A DNA stretch of 64,000 bases, taken from the IMG/VR virus record IMGVR_UViG_3300031975_001631. One strand, given 5' to 3'. Shown here piece by piece: positions 1-9,048 of this stretch; the stretch's first letter is position 1, and each line of letters begins with the position of its first letter. The translations under genes were made by a program, and so were the position numbers. The DNA comes from a virus. The notes under the pieces were generated by a model. It did no database searches and had not been told where the DNA came from. It saw only the letters and a program-made list of their open reading frames with translations.

Positions 1-162
1 CTTGCAAATTCTTTTGCATTCTGGAGCCCTTAGTGAGCTGCATTCAATTAAACACTCATAATAATCATTCAATCTTTCTTGTTCCTCTACTGCGAAATCG
101 TCAACTGGGGTTTCTGCAATTTTCCACTCATTAAGTTGAGCCATTGATAATAGATTGTGCAT
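1..162 (-). CDS. Small conserved cyanophage-type hypothetical protein with C-terminal CxxxC...CxxxC motif (3' partial)
   Basis: Hand translation MHNLLSMAQLNEWKIAETPVDDFAVEEQERLNDYYECLIECSSLRAPECKRICK..., open to the window edge; TAAATA at 230-235 upstream. Confidence 0.7.
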   Translation of the reverse strand, partial: MHNLLSMAQLNEWKIAETPVDDFAVEEQERLNDYYECLIECSSLRAPECKRICK

Positions 163-229
163 TTGAATCACCTTAGTTATTGAATATAATATAGAGATCT
201 CAGATCATGGTAGTAGTCAATTCTGTTAC

Positions 230-235
230 TATTTA
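230..235 (-). promoter_or_regulatory. T4-type late promoter (TAAATA)
   Basis: tattta on + strand, just past the gp23 terminator and upstream of the 1..162 ORF. Confidence 0.55.
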
Positions 236-276
236 GTCAGCGTATGCTAACTTAATGAAGTAAATTAAATATGCAC

Positions 277-301
277 AAAAAAAGAGACCCTTTCGGGTCT
301 C
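277..301 (-). terminator. Rho-independent terminator of gp23
   Basis: GAGACCC-GAAA-GGGTCTC hairpin followed by T7 on the minus strand, ~25 nt after the gp23 stop. Confidence 0.92.
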
Positions 302-325
302 AGTGTTAAGTATGTGAGATATAAA

Positions 326-1771
326 TCACATGAGGTTCTTAACAACAGTACGCTGGTAGTAGCGGTTGCTGTTAGAGGTGATACGACCCAAACCTTGAGT
401 GGTGCCTTCAGCGTAAGGGTTGGAGACAAGACCATAACGGGTCTTGAAGCCAATTTTGGGCTGGAAGCTGTTCTCACCAACGGCGCGAACCATCTGGAGG
501 GGAACATAAGGACAGTAGAAGAGACCAGCATCATAAGGGCTAGTACCCTTATAACCAACAACATAGTACTGGTTAGCGGCAGAGTTAGCAGCGAAGGGGT
601 CGATGTAGACTCTGTACTTACCGTTGATAGTACCAGCGAAGGTGTTGCCGGTGTCGTCAACCTGAAGGTTAGCGTTAAGAGCAGGGGTGTAATCAAGTAC
701 ACCAGCCATCGTCAGAGCGGAAGCAACATCAGCAGATGTCATGATGATGTTACCCTTCCCTCTACGAGTTCTTTGGGCGATTCTGTTAGCATCTCTTTCG
801 ATGTTAAACAGAAGACCTTTGAACTTCTCAACTGACCAACGACCGTTGGAGTCAACATCGAGGTCAAAGAAACCAGCGTTGGCAACATTTGCCTGTGAAC
901 CAGCTTCAGCAGTCTTATAGATGGTACGAATAACTTCGCGGTTGATTTCAGCAAGGATTTCGCTAGACAGGATGTTAGCGAGTTCTGCTTCAGCGTTAAG
1001 ACCGTGGATAGCACGAAGGTCTTGTGCCAATTCCATGCTGTACTCTGCTTTCAGAGCACGGGACTTAGCGGTGACCGTGACTTTCTCGATCGAGAATGCC
1101 ATCTCGTTGAAATCGCCATTGCTGCCGTCTCCGAGTGCCTCAGAGTCGCCAGTTGCCATACCTTGACCCAGTGAATACTGAGCTTGTACAGCGTCGGAAG
1201 CAGTGCCTTCCAGGATAGCGGGGTTAGTACCACGCTGAGTACCAGTAGAACCGAAACCAACGGTGCCGTCGTCATCGGTAGCAGCGGTGTAATCACCTTG
1301 GGTTGCTTGACCGATGTTGGTGCCTGCCTTGTTCGCAGAGAATGCGGAATCGGGCTCGTCGAAGAACGACTCAGTACCAGCTTGATTGGTGTAGCGTGAA
1401 CGCATTGCGAAGATCAGTCCGGTAGGACCGTTCATCGGCTGAACGCCAGCGAGTTCATAAGCAACCAGATTCGGCATCGAGCGGCGAATCAGGCTGATCA
1501 GAACGGGATCGAAACCGGCGGTAGGACCAGCAGCAGCAGAACCGCCACTGAAAGCACCAGAAGCACCTACAGCGTTGCCGCTGTTAGTAGGAGCAGCTTC
1601 TGAGAGCATACCGTTGCCGCTTTCAAAAGCAGATTGCTCTTTGAGGAAACGCTCTTGGTTCTCAAGGAGAACAGCAGTTGTAGCACGGCGATGTGAGTCC
1701 TTAATAGGATCAACTCCATCGGCGTCGAGAAGTGGACCCCACTTCTCCATTAATGATTCTTGATTGTACAT
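326..1771 (-). CDS. gp23: Major capsid protein
   Basis: 481 aa; GFDPVLISLIRRSMPNL, VQPMNGPTGLIFAMR, FSIEKVTVTAKSRALKAEYSMELAQDL, FYCPYVPLQM, QPKIGFKTRYG; probable protease site LSE58/A59. Confidence 0.99.
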   Translation of the reverse strand: MYNQESLMEKWGPLLDADGVDPIKDSHRRATTAVLLENQERFLKEQSAFESGNGMLSEAAPTNSGNAVGASGAFSGGSAAAGPTAGFDPVLISLIRRSMPNLVAYELAGVQPMNGPTGLIFAMRSRYTNQAGTESFFDEPDSAFSANKAGTNIGQATQGDYTAATDDDGTVGFGSTGTQRGTNPAILEGTASDAVQAQYSLGQGMATGDSEALGDGSNGDFNEMAFSIEKVTVTAKSRALKAEYSMELAQDLRAIHGLNAEAELANILSSEILAEINREVIRTIYKTAEAGSQANVANAGFFDLDVDSNGRWSVEKFKGLLFNIERDANRIAQRTRRGKGNIIMTSADVASALTMAGVLDYTPALNANLQVDDTGNTFAGTINGKYRVYIDPFAANSAANQYYVVGYKGTSPYDAGLFYCPYVPLQMVRAVGENSFQPKIGFKTRYGLVSNPYAEGTTQGLGRITSNSNRYYQRTVVKNLM

Positions 1772-1801
1772 TAGTTTTAGTGTTTAAATTTGCGGAGTTT
1801 T

Positions 1802-2848
1802 TTACTTCATCCCAAGGGCTTTCAAGTACTGGGTCATTGAAGCAGATGCCTCAACACCAGTCTCTGAGGTTACGCCCTCAGAAAGTGTTTCCACTTTGTT
1901 AGAAGAAAGTTTTTGCTCACTGGGGAAATAAGATTCCTTCAGTGTAACCAGCTTCTCACGATAAGATTCTTCACCCTCAAACTCAACACCTTCAGACAAT
2001 GCGACTAATTTCTCTCTTTGTGTTACAGCAAGACCCTCGGTTACTTCACGGAAAATTCCATCAGCTGTAGATTCGCCAAGGCGCTTGTTAAGAGAAATGT
2101 TAGCTTCGATCTGTTCGTTAAGTCTGCCTTCCATTTCATCAAGTTTGGAGACCATACTCTCCAGGACATCGTATTTGTCGTCAGCAATTGTTACATAATG
2201 ATCTTCAAATAGACCCTTCATTCCAGAAAGGAATGATTCAGTCATTTCGGTCTTAAGACCGTGCTCTACTTCGATCTTGTTCTCGGAGATCCACTCTTCT
2301 GAAACATACTCAAGGTATGCATCAACGCGCTCTACAAGTTCAGACTTTACAGTCTCAAGATGTTCAGTAAGTTGCTCTTCGTATTGTGCAGCCATCTCTT
2401 CTTGGACTTCAGTTACTTTAGCAGTAACTACAGCCTCAAAGATTGTGCGAGCTTTTAATTGAAATTCTTCGGAAAGTTCTTCGCCACCAAAAAGGGCAGA
2501 AAGATCTTCTTCGATATCAACAGAAGGAGTTACCTCCTCTTGCGTGGTCTCATCTTCAGCTACAACTTCTTGCTCGCCTTCTGCTTCGACGGTATCGCCA
2601 GCAGAAAGACTTTGCATCGGTTCAGCAGCTTTAGCGCCACGATTTACGACATCTTTGACAGTTTTAACTTTGGGTTCTGCGAGTTTCGCGGAATCATCGT
2701 CGGCTTTGTAGTTCTCGGGGGTAGGCCCACCAAGATCTTGAACAGCAGCCAAACCAGTTCCAGGATCAGAAAGCTTAGGCATAGCCTCAGCTCCTTTCGC
2801 ACCCCTTGTTACGGGATTTTCCATTTCTTGTAATTCCTTAGCGGACAT
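1802..2848 (-). CDS. gp22: Prohead core scaffolding protein
   Basis: 348 aa acidic coiled-coil; LSEEFQLKARTIFEAVV, VDAYLEYVSEEW, TESFLSGMKGLFEDHYV; lies between gp21 and gp23. Confidence 0.96.
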   Translation of the reverse strand: MSAKELQEMENPVTRGAKGAEAMPKLSDPGTGLAAVQDLGGPTPENYKADDDSAKLAEPKVKTVKDVVNRGAKAAEPMQSLSAGDTVEAEGEQEVVAEDETTQEEVTPSVDIEEDLSALFGGEELSEEFQLKARTIFEAVVTAKVTEVQEEMAAQYEEQLTEHLETVKSELVERVDAYLEYVSEEWISENKIEVEHGLKTEMTESFLSGMKGLFEDHYVTIADDKYDVLESMVSKLDEMEGRLNEQIEANISLNKRLGESTADGIFREVTEGLAVTQREKLVALSEGVEFEGEESYREKLVTLKESYFPSEQKLSSNKVETLSEGVTSETGVEASASMTQYLKALGMK

Positions 2849-2889
2849 TGGTGAACTCTCCGATTATAATCGTTGATATAATCTATATT

Positions 2890-2897
2890 TATTTATA
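2890..2897 (-). promoter_or_regulatory. Late promoter TATAAATA
   Basis: Perfect T4 late consensus upstream of gp22. Confidence 0.85.
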
Positions 2898-2899
2898 AA

Positions 2900-3550
2900 T
2901 TAGAGACTTGACAGGAAATTATTGAACAGTGCCAACTTGTTTTCTTCAAGTGCTTTTTGATCGACCAAGGTATTAATTTGCTTGTAGGTCTTCTCTACAA
3001 GCCTTTCTCTGACGATTCCACCATCCATTACCCAGTCTTTTCCTTCCATAATTCCTGATACAAATGCATCAGGTGCGGATGGATCTGCTACAATATCTGC
3101 AGCAGTTGCAAGCATAAAATCGTTTGAGACGACTTTAATACCATTCTCATTTACCGCTAAAGTTCCAAGTCCACGGGAAGAAACACCCAACTTTACACCT
3201 TCATCGATAAGATTTTGTGCGATCTTACCCATGGGGGTATTGAGAATTTTAGCTTTACCTATAAAATTAGTTCCCTCTTCTCTGAGAGATGTAATTTTAT
3301 GAGATACTCGATCCAGGTTGAGAGTAGGTCCTTCGGGATGACCGAGTTCACCAAGAGCTCTGCCTTTGCTGACAAAACTTTCGTTGTAACGACATACTTC
3401 TCTGCGAAGAGTATCCATAGGATACATCCGACCATTTCGGTTCTGAATGTCTCCCTGAAGGAATACTCCTTCGATGAACATAGATTTCTTACCGTTGCGT
3501 TCTTCAACGATAAGTTCGACCTGTTCGATTTCTTCCGTGATCAGTTTCAT
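2900..3550 (-). CDS. gp21: Prohead protease
   Basis: IEGVFLQGDIQNRNGRMY, ALGELGHP, GVSSRGLG, ADIVADPSAPDAFV. Confidence 0.98.
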   Translation of the reverse strand: MKLITEEIEQVELIVEERNGKKSMFIEGVFLQGDIQNRNGRMYPMDTLRREVCRYNESFVSKGRALGELGHPEGPTLNLDRVSHKITSLREEGTNFIGKAKILNTPMGKIAQNLIDEGVKLGVSSRGLGTLAVNENGIKVVSNDFMLATAADIVADPSAPDAFVSGIMEGKDWVMDGGIVRERLVEKTYKQINTLVDQKALEENKLALFNNFLSSL

Positions 3551-3554
3551 TTGA

Positions 3555-3821
3555 TTACCCTGTGAATCCTACTTTAGCTACTTTAAGTGCTCCTCCAATG
3601 CCATAGATAATATCAGAGGCTTTCTTTTCGATCAATTCAGATGTATTGTTAAGCATGGTAATAGAACCAATGCCAGAAAAAGAAGAATCCTGAACATGAA
3701 GAACAACGGTACTACCAGAGTCATTTAATACTCTGACAACAGTAGCGTTACCTACGGAAGTACTATTACCAATACCAGCTGCCAGCGGAGTTTCCGCAGC
3801 AAGGATTAAAGTTCTTGCCAT
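3555..3821 (-). CDS. Small hypothetical head-gene-cluster protein
   Basis: 88 aa ORF coupled between the gp67-like ORF and gp21. Confidence 0.75.
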   Translation of the reverse strand: MARTLILAAETPLAAGIGNSTSVGNATVVRVLNDSGSTVVLHVQDSSFSGIGSITMLNNTSELIEKKASDIIYGIGGALKVAKVGFTG

Positions 3822-3988
3822 TATTCTTCCTCAGTTTCTTGTGATGGTTCACCAAACAAACTAGCTGCAGTTGGTTGACGCAAAGCATCTACTTTAGAAG
3901 CAGCTTTTTGGTAAAGGAGATCTTTAATTTGGTCGCTAATATTCACAGCAGACGAATCCGTCGCAATCATATTTACTAGCTCTTCCAT
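3821..3988 (-). CDS. Small prohead core protein (gp67-like by position), not in ORF track
   Basis: 55 aa MEELVNMIATDSSAVNISDQIKDLLYQKAASKVDALRQPTAASLFGEPSQETEEE; ATAAATA at 4012-4018; TAATG overlap with the next gene. Confidence 0.75.
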   Translation of the reverse strand: MEELVNMIATDSSAVNISDQIKDLLYQKAASKVDALRQPTAASLFGEPSQETEEE

Positions 3989-4017
3989 GGATATAAGTCA
4001 GATATATAACTTATTTA

Positions 4018-5676
4018 TCAGATTTCCCCTTCTGATGCTTTTGGTAATTGGGGTTGTGGAGCTTGACCTGGCAATGCATTGGGATCTTCTTGCCCTTGCA
4101 GCATTGGGTCTCCTGCTTCCATCTCAAGCATTTGTTGATTTGGATCTGGGAGAACCCCAGACGCAATTTCCTCTTCAATTTGTTGATCAATCTCAACAAT
4201 TTCTTGATCTCTTTGACGCAGAACTTGACGACGGATGTACTCCGTGGAGTAATAGCGACCAGCATAAGGTTCAATCATTGCAAGAAGTCCAAGACGGCCT
4301 TCAAGTAATTCTTTGTCCTTAAGCTCTGCAAAGTGATTATCATATAAGAAGTCAAACTGAATGTGCTCAGACATCACTTCCCAATCTGAGGGAGTAACAA
4401 TATTCTTAAGAAGCAATTGTGTCTTGAGCATATCCATAAACATTGCACTAAAACGCTTACGGAGACGACCAACAAACTTAGAGAACTTCAGTTCATCTCT
4501 TAAAATTTCAGAAGAACGACCTAGATTGAAACCGTCACCAGAACCAGCGATTCTAGATTCAGGCACACCTAAAGATCTATAGAGTTTGGATTGGAAGTAT
4601 TCAATATCAGCAAGTTCGCCAAGATTTTGACCACCAGGAAGTGTGGTAATTTCTGTGCCACGACCACCCTCACGGCGAGGAAGCCAGAAGTCTTCCAGCA
4701 TACTCATCATTTTTTTGTCGTCACGAATCTCACCGCTGTTGGAATCATACACCAACTTATTACGGTAGCGCATCATTACTTCACGGAGGTATTGCTCTGC
4801 TTTTACCTTAGGAAGATTGCCAACATCAATGTAGAAAATACGGCGCTCTGGTGCGCGTGACAATCTATAGATGACAAGAGAATCTTCAATCATTCTAAGT
4901 TGATTGAGAGACTTGATTGCCTTATGAAGATAAGAAAGTCCTGATCCTTTGTTTCTATCTACAAGACCAGAAGTGCAATATGTAATTGCATCTTTTGTGA
5001 TCTTTACTCCCTTCATTGCGGTGCTTCCGCCAGGAGTTGCAATATTTGTTGGGTACTGAGGTTTGGGAGTATACATGAAATACTCTTCAATCTCAGGGAA
5101 GGCTACTCTTTGCTCTTCTCTTTCGCCTCTACTTGTAAAAATATCATTTCTATCATTTGGTCCTTTCTTCTCTTTACGAACATAGCGCATTTTGAGAGGA
5201 TCAATATATCTAAGCTCTTGAATACCTTCTTGTGGATTTTGAATGTCAATTACTTTATTATAGTATAGTCTACCATCAACATACCAATTTCTAAAAATCT
5301 CATGAGACTTGAGATCAAAGTCTAAAAGATCTTTAATGTGCTTAAATTCTTTGCGGATAATATTTTTAATACCATCACTCGCATTAAGATTTTCTAGATC
5401 AATCTCTACCGGAGAATCATTTTGATCTGAAACAATAGCTTCATTTACAACATCTTCGATTGCATTATCCACCTCTGGGTGGAGAGACATCTCTCTATAT
5501 CTTCTAATCAGTTCATGTTCTGATTTGTAGATTCCTTCAATATCTACAACTTGACTAGAAAAACCCCCTTGGATATAGTAATCAGCCCCACCCTCACCTG
5601 TAGTGGGAATGGGACTGACTACACCCTTGGGGGTCTTTTCATTATCTTCAATAGAAAATCCGAAGAGTTTCGACAT
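4018..5676 (-). CDS. gp20: Portal vertex protein
   Basis: 552 aa; RNWYVDGRLYY, NQLRMIEDSLVIYRLSRAPERRIFYIDVGNLPKVKAEQYL, EDFWLPRREGGRGTEITTLPGG. Confidence 0.99.
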   Translation of the reverse strand: MSKLFGFSIEDNEKTPKGVVSPIPTTGEGGADYYIQGGFSSQVVDIEGIYKSEHELIRRYREMSLHPEVDNAIEDVVNEAIVSDQNDSPVEIDLENLNASDGIKNIIRKEFKHIKDLLDFDLKSHEIFRNWYVDGRLYYNKVIDIQNPQEGIQELRYIDPLKMRYVRKEKKGPNDRNDIFTSRGEREEQRVAFPEIEEYFMYTPKPQYPTNIATPGGSTAMKGVKITKDAITYCTSGLVDRNKGSGLSYLHKAIKSLNQLRMIEDSLVIYRLSRAPERRIFYIDVGNLPKVKAEQYLREVMMRYRNKLVYDSNSGEIRDDKKMMSMLEDFWLPRREGGRGTEITTLPGGQNLGELADIEYFQSKLYRSLGVPESRIAGSGDGFNLGRSSEILRDELKFSKFVGRLRKRFSAMFMDMLKTQLLLKNIVTPSDWEVMSEHIQFDFLYDNHFAELKDKELLEGRLGLLAMIEPYAGRYYSTEYIRRQVLRQRDQEIVEIDQQIEEEIASGVLPDPNQQMLEMEAGDPMLQGQEDPNALPGQAPQPQLPKASEGEI

Positions 5677-5706
5677 TTTAAATATTTTGTCTTTGATATC
5701 AAAGAC

Positions 5707-5713
5707 TATTTAT
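5707..5713 (-). promoter_or_regulatory. Late promoter ATAAATA
   Basis: Abuts the gp19 stop, 31 nt upstream of gp20. Confidence 0.75.
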
Positions 5714-6333
5714 CAAGCGACATCTCCACCATTTCCGGCAGATTCCCACCACTGTACTTGAAGAGTAACTGTGAACTCTTCAACAGCGTCTGCAGAATCG
5801 TAAGATAGGTCTAACTGTGAGATGTTTGTTGGGAATACGCTATAGAACTTATAAGTTCTAAGAACAGGAAGATTTGCGTCAGATTCCTGAGAATTAGGTG
5901 CAACCGCAGATCTGCCTAATTGATAAACATAAGCATCTTTGGTATAGCTTTCAGGATTAGTAGTACCCGAATTATCAGATACTTTCGACATGGAATTCAT
6001 CCATCTCTCAAAAGAAGAGCGGATTGCAAAGTCCGTATCGTTAATAACAGTAATAGTCCATTCGTCAAAGGTTCTGTCGCCAGCGATCTTAAGAGTACGA
6101 CCTCTAAAAGGAACACTAATTGGTGCAATGTTTGACGCAGGAAGAGCAGCTGCCTTCACAAGAAATCTTGCTTTTGCATCAAGATCATTTACTGAGGAAT
6201 CTACTACTCCGTCTGGAAATGCCAAGACCACCTCAAAGAGGTTAGGTCTTGCAATACCACCAGACAGTCTTGACTTAAACTTGTCAATTGTCCTGTCTGA
6301 AGTCTTTGGGGGATTTTGTTGGTTGATAGCCAT
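5713..6333 (-). CDS. gp19: Tail tube protein
   Basis: ARPNLFEV, FLVKAAALPAS, FRGRTLKIAGDRTFDEWTITVINDTDF, FPTNISQLDLSYD. Confidence 0.97.
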   Translation of the reverse strand: MAINQQNPPKTSDRTIDKFKSRLSGGIARPNLFEVVLAFPDGVVDSSVNDLDAKARFLVKAAALPASNIAPISVPFRGRTLKIAGDRTFDEWTITVINDTDFAIRSSFERWMNSMSKVSDNSGTTNPESYTKDAYVYQLGRSAVAPNSQESDANLPVLRTYKFYSVFPTNISQLDLSYDSADAVEEFTVTLQVQWWESAGNGGDVA

Positions 6334-6368
6334 TGTTTGGGTTCTCCTATGAGTTTATTATAAGGCGA

Positions 6369-8735
6369 TCAAACTCGACCAATAACTTCTTCAAAACTGA
6401 CTCCCGTGCGGGTAGCGACGAAGGTCAGACCGATGAAGTTAATCGACCTAGCAGGTTTGATAAAGATGTCAGCAACAAATTCGTTGTTGTCAATTACCGC
6501 AGCAGTGTTATTTGTTTCATCGCAAATTACGACGAAATCGGTAACACCTCTCTTAGATTGTACATCGCGAAGGAAAGGTTCAACAATGTTCAGGAAGTTG
6601 AGTCTCGTAATCTCATCGTTGAACTCAAAGAGTTGATCTCTTGCGGCGGCTGAGATTGCTTTCTCTAAGTAAATAAACAGACGACGGACATTGATTCTGT
6701 CGAATGCCGAGGATTTACCAAGAGCTGTCTTATCACCAAAGAGGATAATACCAGCACCAGGCGAGAAAATTACTGGGTTAACTCTTGCAGAGTATAACTT
6801 ATCCCTCTCAGCTTGTGAGGGAGTGTACGCTAATTTTACAGCGTTGAGGATTGCACCTCGTGTAGTTCCACCCGGTGAGAACCAGGGGAAGTTATTGATA
6901 TCATTTCTAGCGCAAAGGCCAGCAATATCACCATTAAGGGGTACATAACGGAACGCTTTACTGAAGCGATCATACATGTACTTGTAACCACTATCAAGAA
7001 TAGCGTAAGAAGATGAGGTTACTGAAGAGTAGAAGGCAGTTATAGCAGAAGTAACAGTATCGGAACTTAGCGTTAGGTCTTCTCCATCTCCAGATGTAGC
7101 AAGGAATGCTTGTCTATGGGGAGAGATGCATGCAACACAATCTTTTCTAATTTCTGCGACTGCAATTAGTTTATTTGCAAGAGCTTGTGATGCCTCTCTA
7201 CCGTGAGCAGCAGATCCCATCATCAGGAAATCTAACTCGTATGCATCTTTATTTGCAAGAAGATCGTAACCACTAGAAAGGTCTCCTACGCTTACGCTAA
7301 GAGCACCTGTACTGTTGATTCCAGCTTTGCCGCCATAGTTAAGACCCATGGCAAATGATGCTTGATAGTTTCCGATGGAAGCGAAAGAAACATTCTCAGT
7401 ATCTTGATCCCATGCAACATCAGTCTTAGGATCAAAGTTTGCATCCAGGTCTGTTGTTACAACACCTGCGGGAGCTCCACCGCCAAATGCATACTGACTA
7501 GAAACTTCAAAAAGTTTTCTCCAGTAAGAAGAAGAACCAGCAGAGTATACTGAATCTTTTGCTTTAGATGCTGAGATATACTTCTCAAGAAGTGTACCAG
7601 CGTTGCCGGTGATTTTACCAGCGTCGTCAATCAGAGCAACATGAACTTCATCGTTCTTGGCGTTTCTGGCTGCAGCGAATGCAGAAGTACCGGGTCTATC
7701 TGCAAGGGAATTCCAAGCAATTGTAGATCCATTGGTAAGAGTAATGGTTTGATTGTCGAACCAATCGGTAGCACCAGTGTAATCGATGTCTCCATCATAT
7801 GCTGCAGCTGCAACCCAGCGAGCATCTCCACTAGTAATACCTGCACCAGTCAGAGCTGTGAAGAAATCACTAGATGCAAAACTAGAACCGTAAGAAACTG
7901 TTCCTGATACCCAACCAAGTTTGGAAGAACCTACAGTGGATTGAACATGTAGTGAGAATGAACCAGTATTCTGGAATTCATAAACTCCACCAGGAGTATA
8001 TTCAACAGAAGTTTCTGTTCCAGCAGAACTGACATGTGATACAAGCTTAACTGAAACTTGACCAGAACCAACTTCTGTGATTACACCCTTAAGGTATCCA
8101 TCAAGCAGTGAGGTAGCGCCAACACCAGCAACAACTGTTCCAGCAGGTACTGCCTGAGTGACACCCAGACCTACAGTCAGATCAATATCTGAAATACCGT
8201 TTTCGTATCCGGCAACAGCAGCAAGACCGCCATTAGCAGTAGAAGAAAATCCAAGAATAGCACTAGTGTCAACACCAGTGATGATTTGATCTGCAAGACT
8301 GTCTAGGATGGCAACCTTAATTCCATTTGCCCAGGAACCAGGGTTTCTAGCAGCAACAACAACATTAGTAATGTTGTTTTCAGAATATCCTTTGTTGATA
8401 TAATCGTCTACGCTTTTAATCGTGACGCTGCTAGCAGTACCAACAAAGGAGTTCTTGAGCTCTGTATCGTTAGATCTAACAACGCGAAGTACGCCGCCAT
8501 ATGCTAGGTACGATGAAGCTGTCAACCAATATTCGTAGTGGTTGCTGTCTTTGTATGGTGAACCGAAGGTCTCTAGAAGATCCGCCTCGGTTTCGATAAG
8601 TGTGGGTTTCTCGACTGGTCCTTTTGCAAAGGGAGCTACGATACCTGCAGCTAGAGTAGAAGTGGGGTCTACTCTACCTTGGGTTAGGTCAACTTCCTTT
8701 ACGACAATTCCAGGAGATGCTAGGTTGAGCGGCAT
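6369..8735 (-). CDS. gp18: Contractile tail sheath protein
   Basis: 788 aa; LASPGIVVKEVDLT N-terminus, PWFSPGGTTRG, SAFDRINVRRLF, FVADIFIKPARSINFIGLTFVATRTGVSFEE. Confidence 0.98.
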   Translation of the reverse strand: MPLNLASPGIVVKEVDLTQGRVDPTSTLAAGIVAPFAKGPVEKPTLIETEADLLETFGSPYKDSNHYEYWLTASSYLAYGGVLRVVRSNDTELKNSFVGTASSVTIKSVDDYINKGYSENNITNVVVAARNPGSWANGIKVAILDSLADQIITGVDTSAILGFSSTANGGLAAVAGYENGISDIDLTVGLGVTQAVPAGTVVAGVGATSLLDGYLKGVITEVGSGQVSVKLVSHVSSAGTETSVEYTPGGVYEFQNTGSFSLHVQSTVGSSKLGWVSGTVSYGSSFASSDFFTALTGAGITSGDARWVAAAAYDGDIDYTGATDWFDNQTITLTNGSTIAWNSLADRPGTSAFAAARNAKNDEVHVALIDDAGKITGNAGTLLEKYISASKAKDSVYSAGSSSYWRKLFEVSSQYAFGGGAPAGVVTTDLDANFDPKTDVAWDQDTENVSFASIGNYQASFAMGLNYGGKAGINSTGALSVSVGDLSSGYDLLANKDAYELDFLMMGSAAHGREASQALANKLIAVAEIRKDCVACISPHRQAFLATSGDGEDLTLSSDTVTSAITAFYSSVTSSSYAILDSGYKYMYDRFSKAFRYVPLNGDIAGLCARNDINNFPWFSPGGTTRGAILNAVKLAYTPSQAERDKLYSARVNPVIFSPGAGIILFGDKTALGKSSAFDRINVRRLFIYLEKAISAAARDQLFEFNDEITRLNFLNIVEPFLRDVQSKRGVTDFVVICDETNNTAAVIDNNEFVADIFIKPARSINFIGLTFVATRTGVSFEEVIGRV

Positions 8736-8771
8736 CTTTAACTCCCAATAGAATCCAATTTTGTCTACTAA

Positions 8772-8777
8772 TATTTA
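8772..8777 (-). promoter_or_regulatory. Late promoter TAAATA
   Basis: 37 nt upstream of the gp18 start. Confidence 0.75.
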
Positions 8778-8817
8778 GAGTTTAGACCTTTTTGAGTGGG
8801 GAAACCATACATGAACA

Positions 8818-9048
8818 CTACCAATCTGGATAGCACCAATACAATAATTTATCTTTTTGTTTCCTTGTCATAACTACTCTTTCTTTAGTGCATGACTTGC
8901 ATTCATATGAATATGCTGATGGAGAATCTCCTCTATCTTTATGAGTTCTATAAAAATCATTCATCAAATCTTTCATCTTATTGCAAGTCCTACATTTCCT
9001 CTCAGAAAGGTATAGATGACCTAATTCAAATTCATCATCTATTTCCAT
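8818..9048 (-). CDS. CxxC...CxxC zinc-finger protein
   Basis: CRTC...YECKSC; likely start is the ATG at 9048 overlapping the gp17 TGA (ORF track extends to 9063). Confidence 0.75.
   Translation of the reverse strand: MEIDDEFELGHLYLSERKCRTCNKMKDLMNDFYRTHKDRGDSPSAYSYECKSCTKERVVMTRKQKDKLLYWCYPDW

Noticed and set aside
1-162. CP12
   Set aside because: Lacks the CP12 C-terminal YCxxNPxxxECxxYED pattern
314-835. 173-aa + strand ORF (and 265..702 on the minus strand)
   Set aside because: Antisense or alternative-frame shadow of gp23, with no promoter, RBS or motifs
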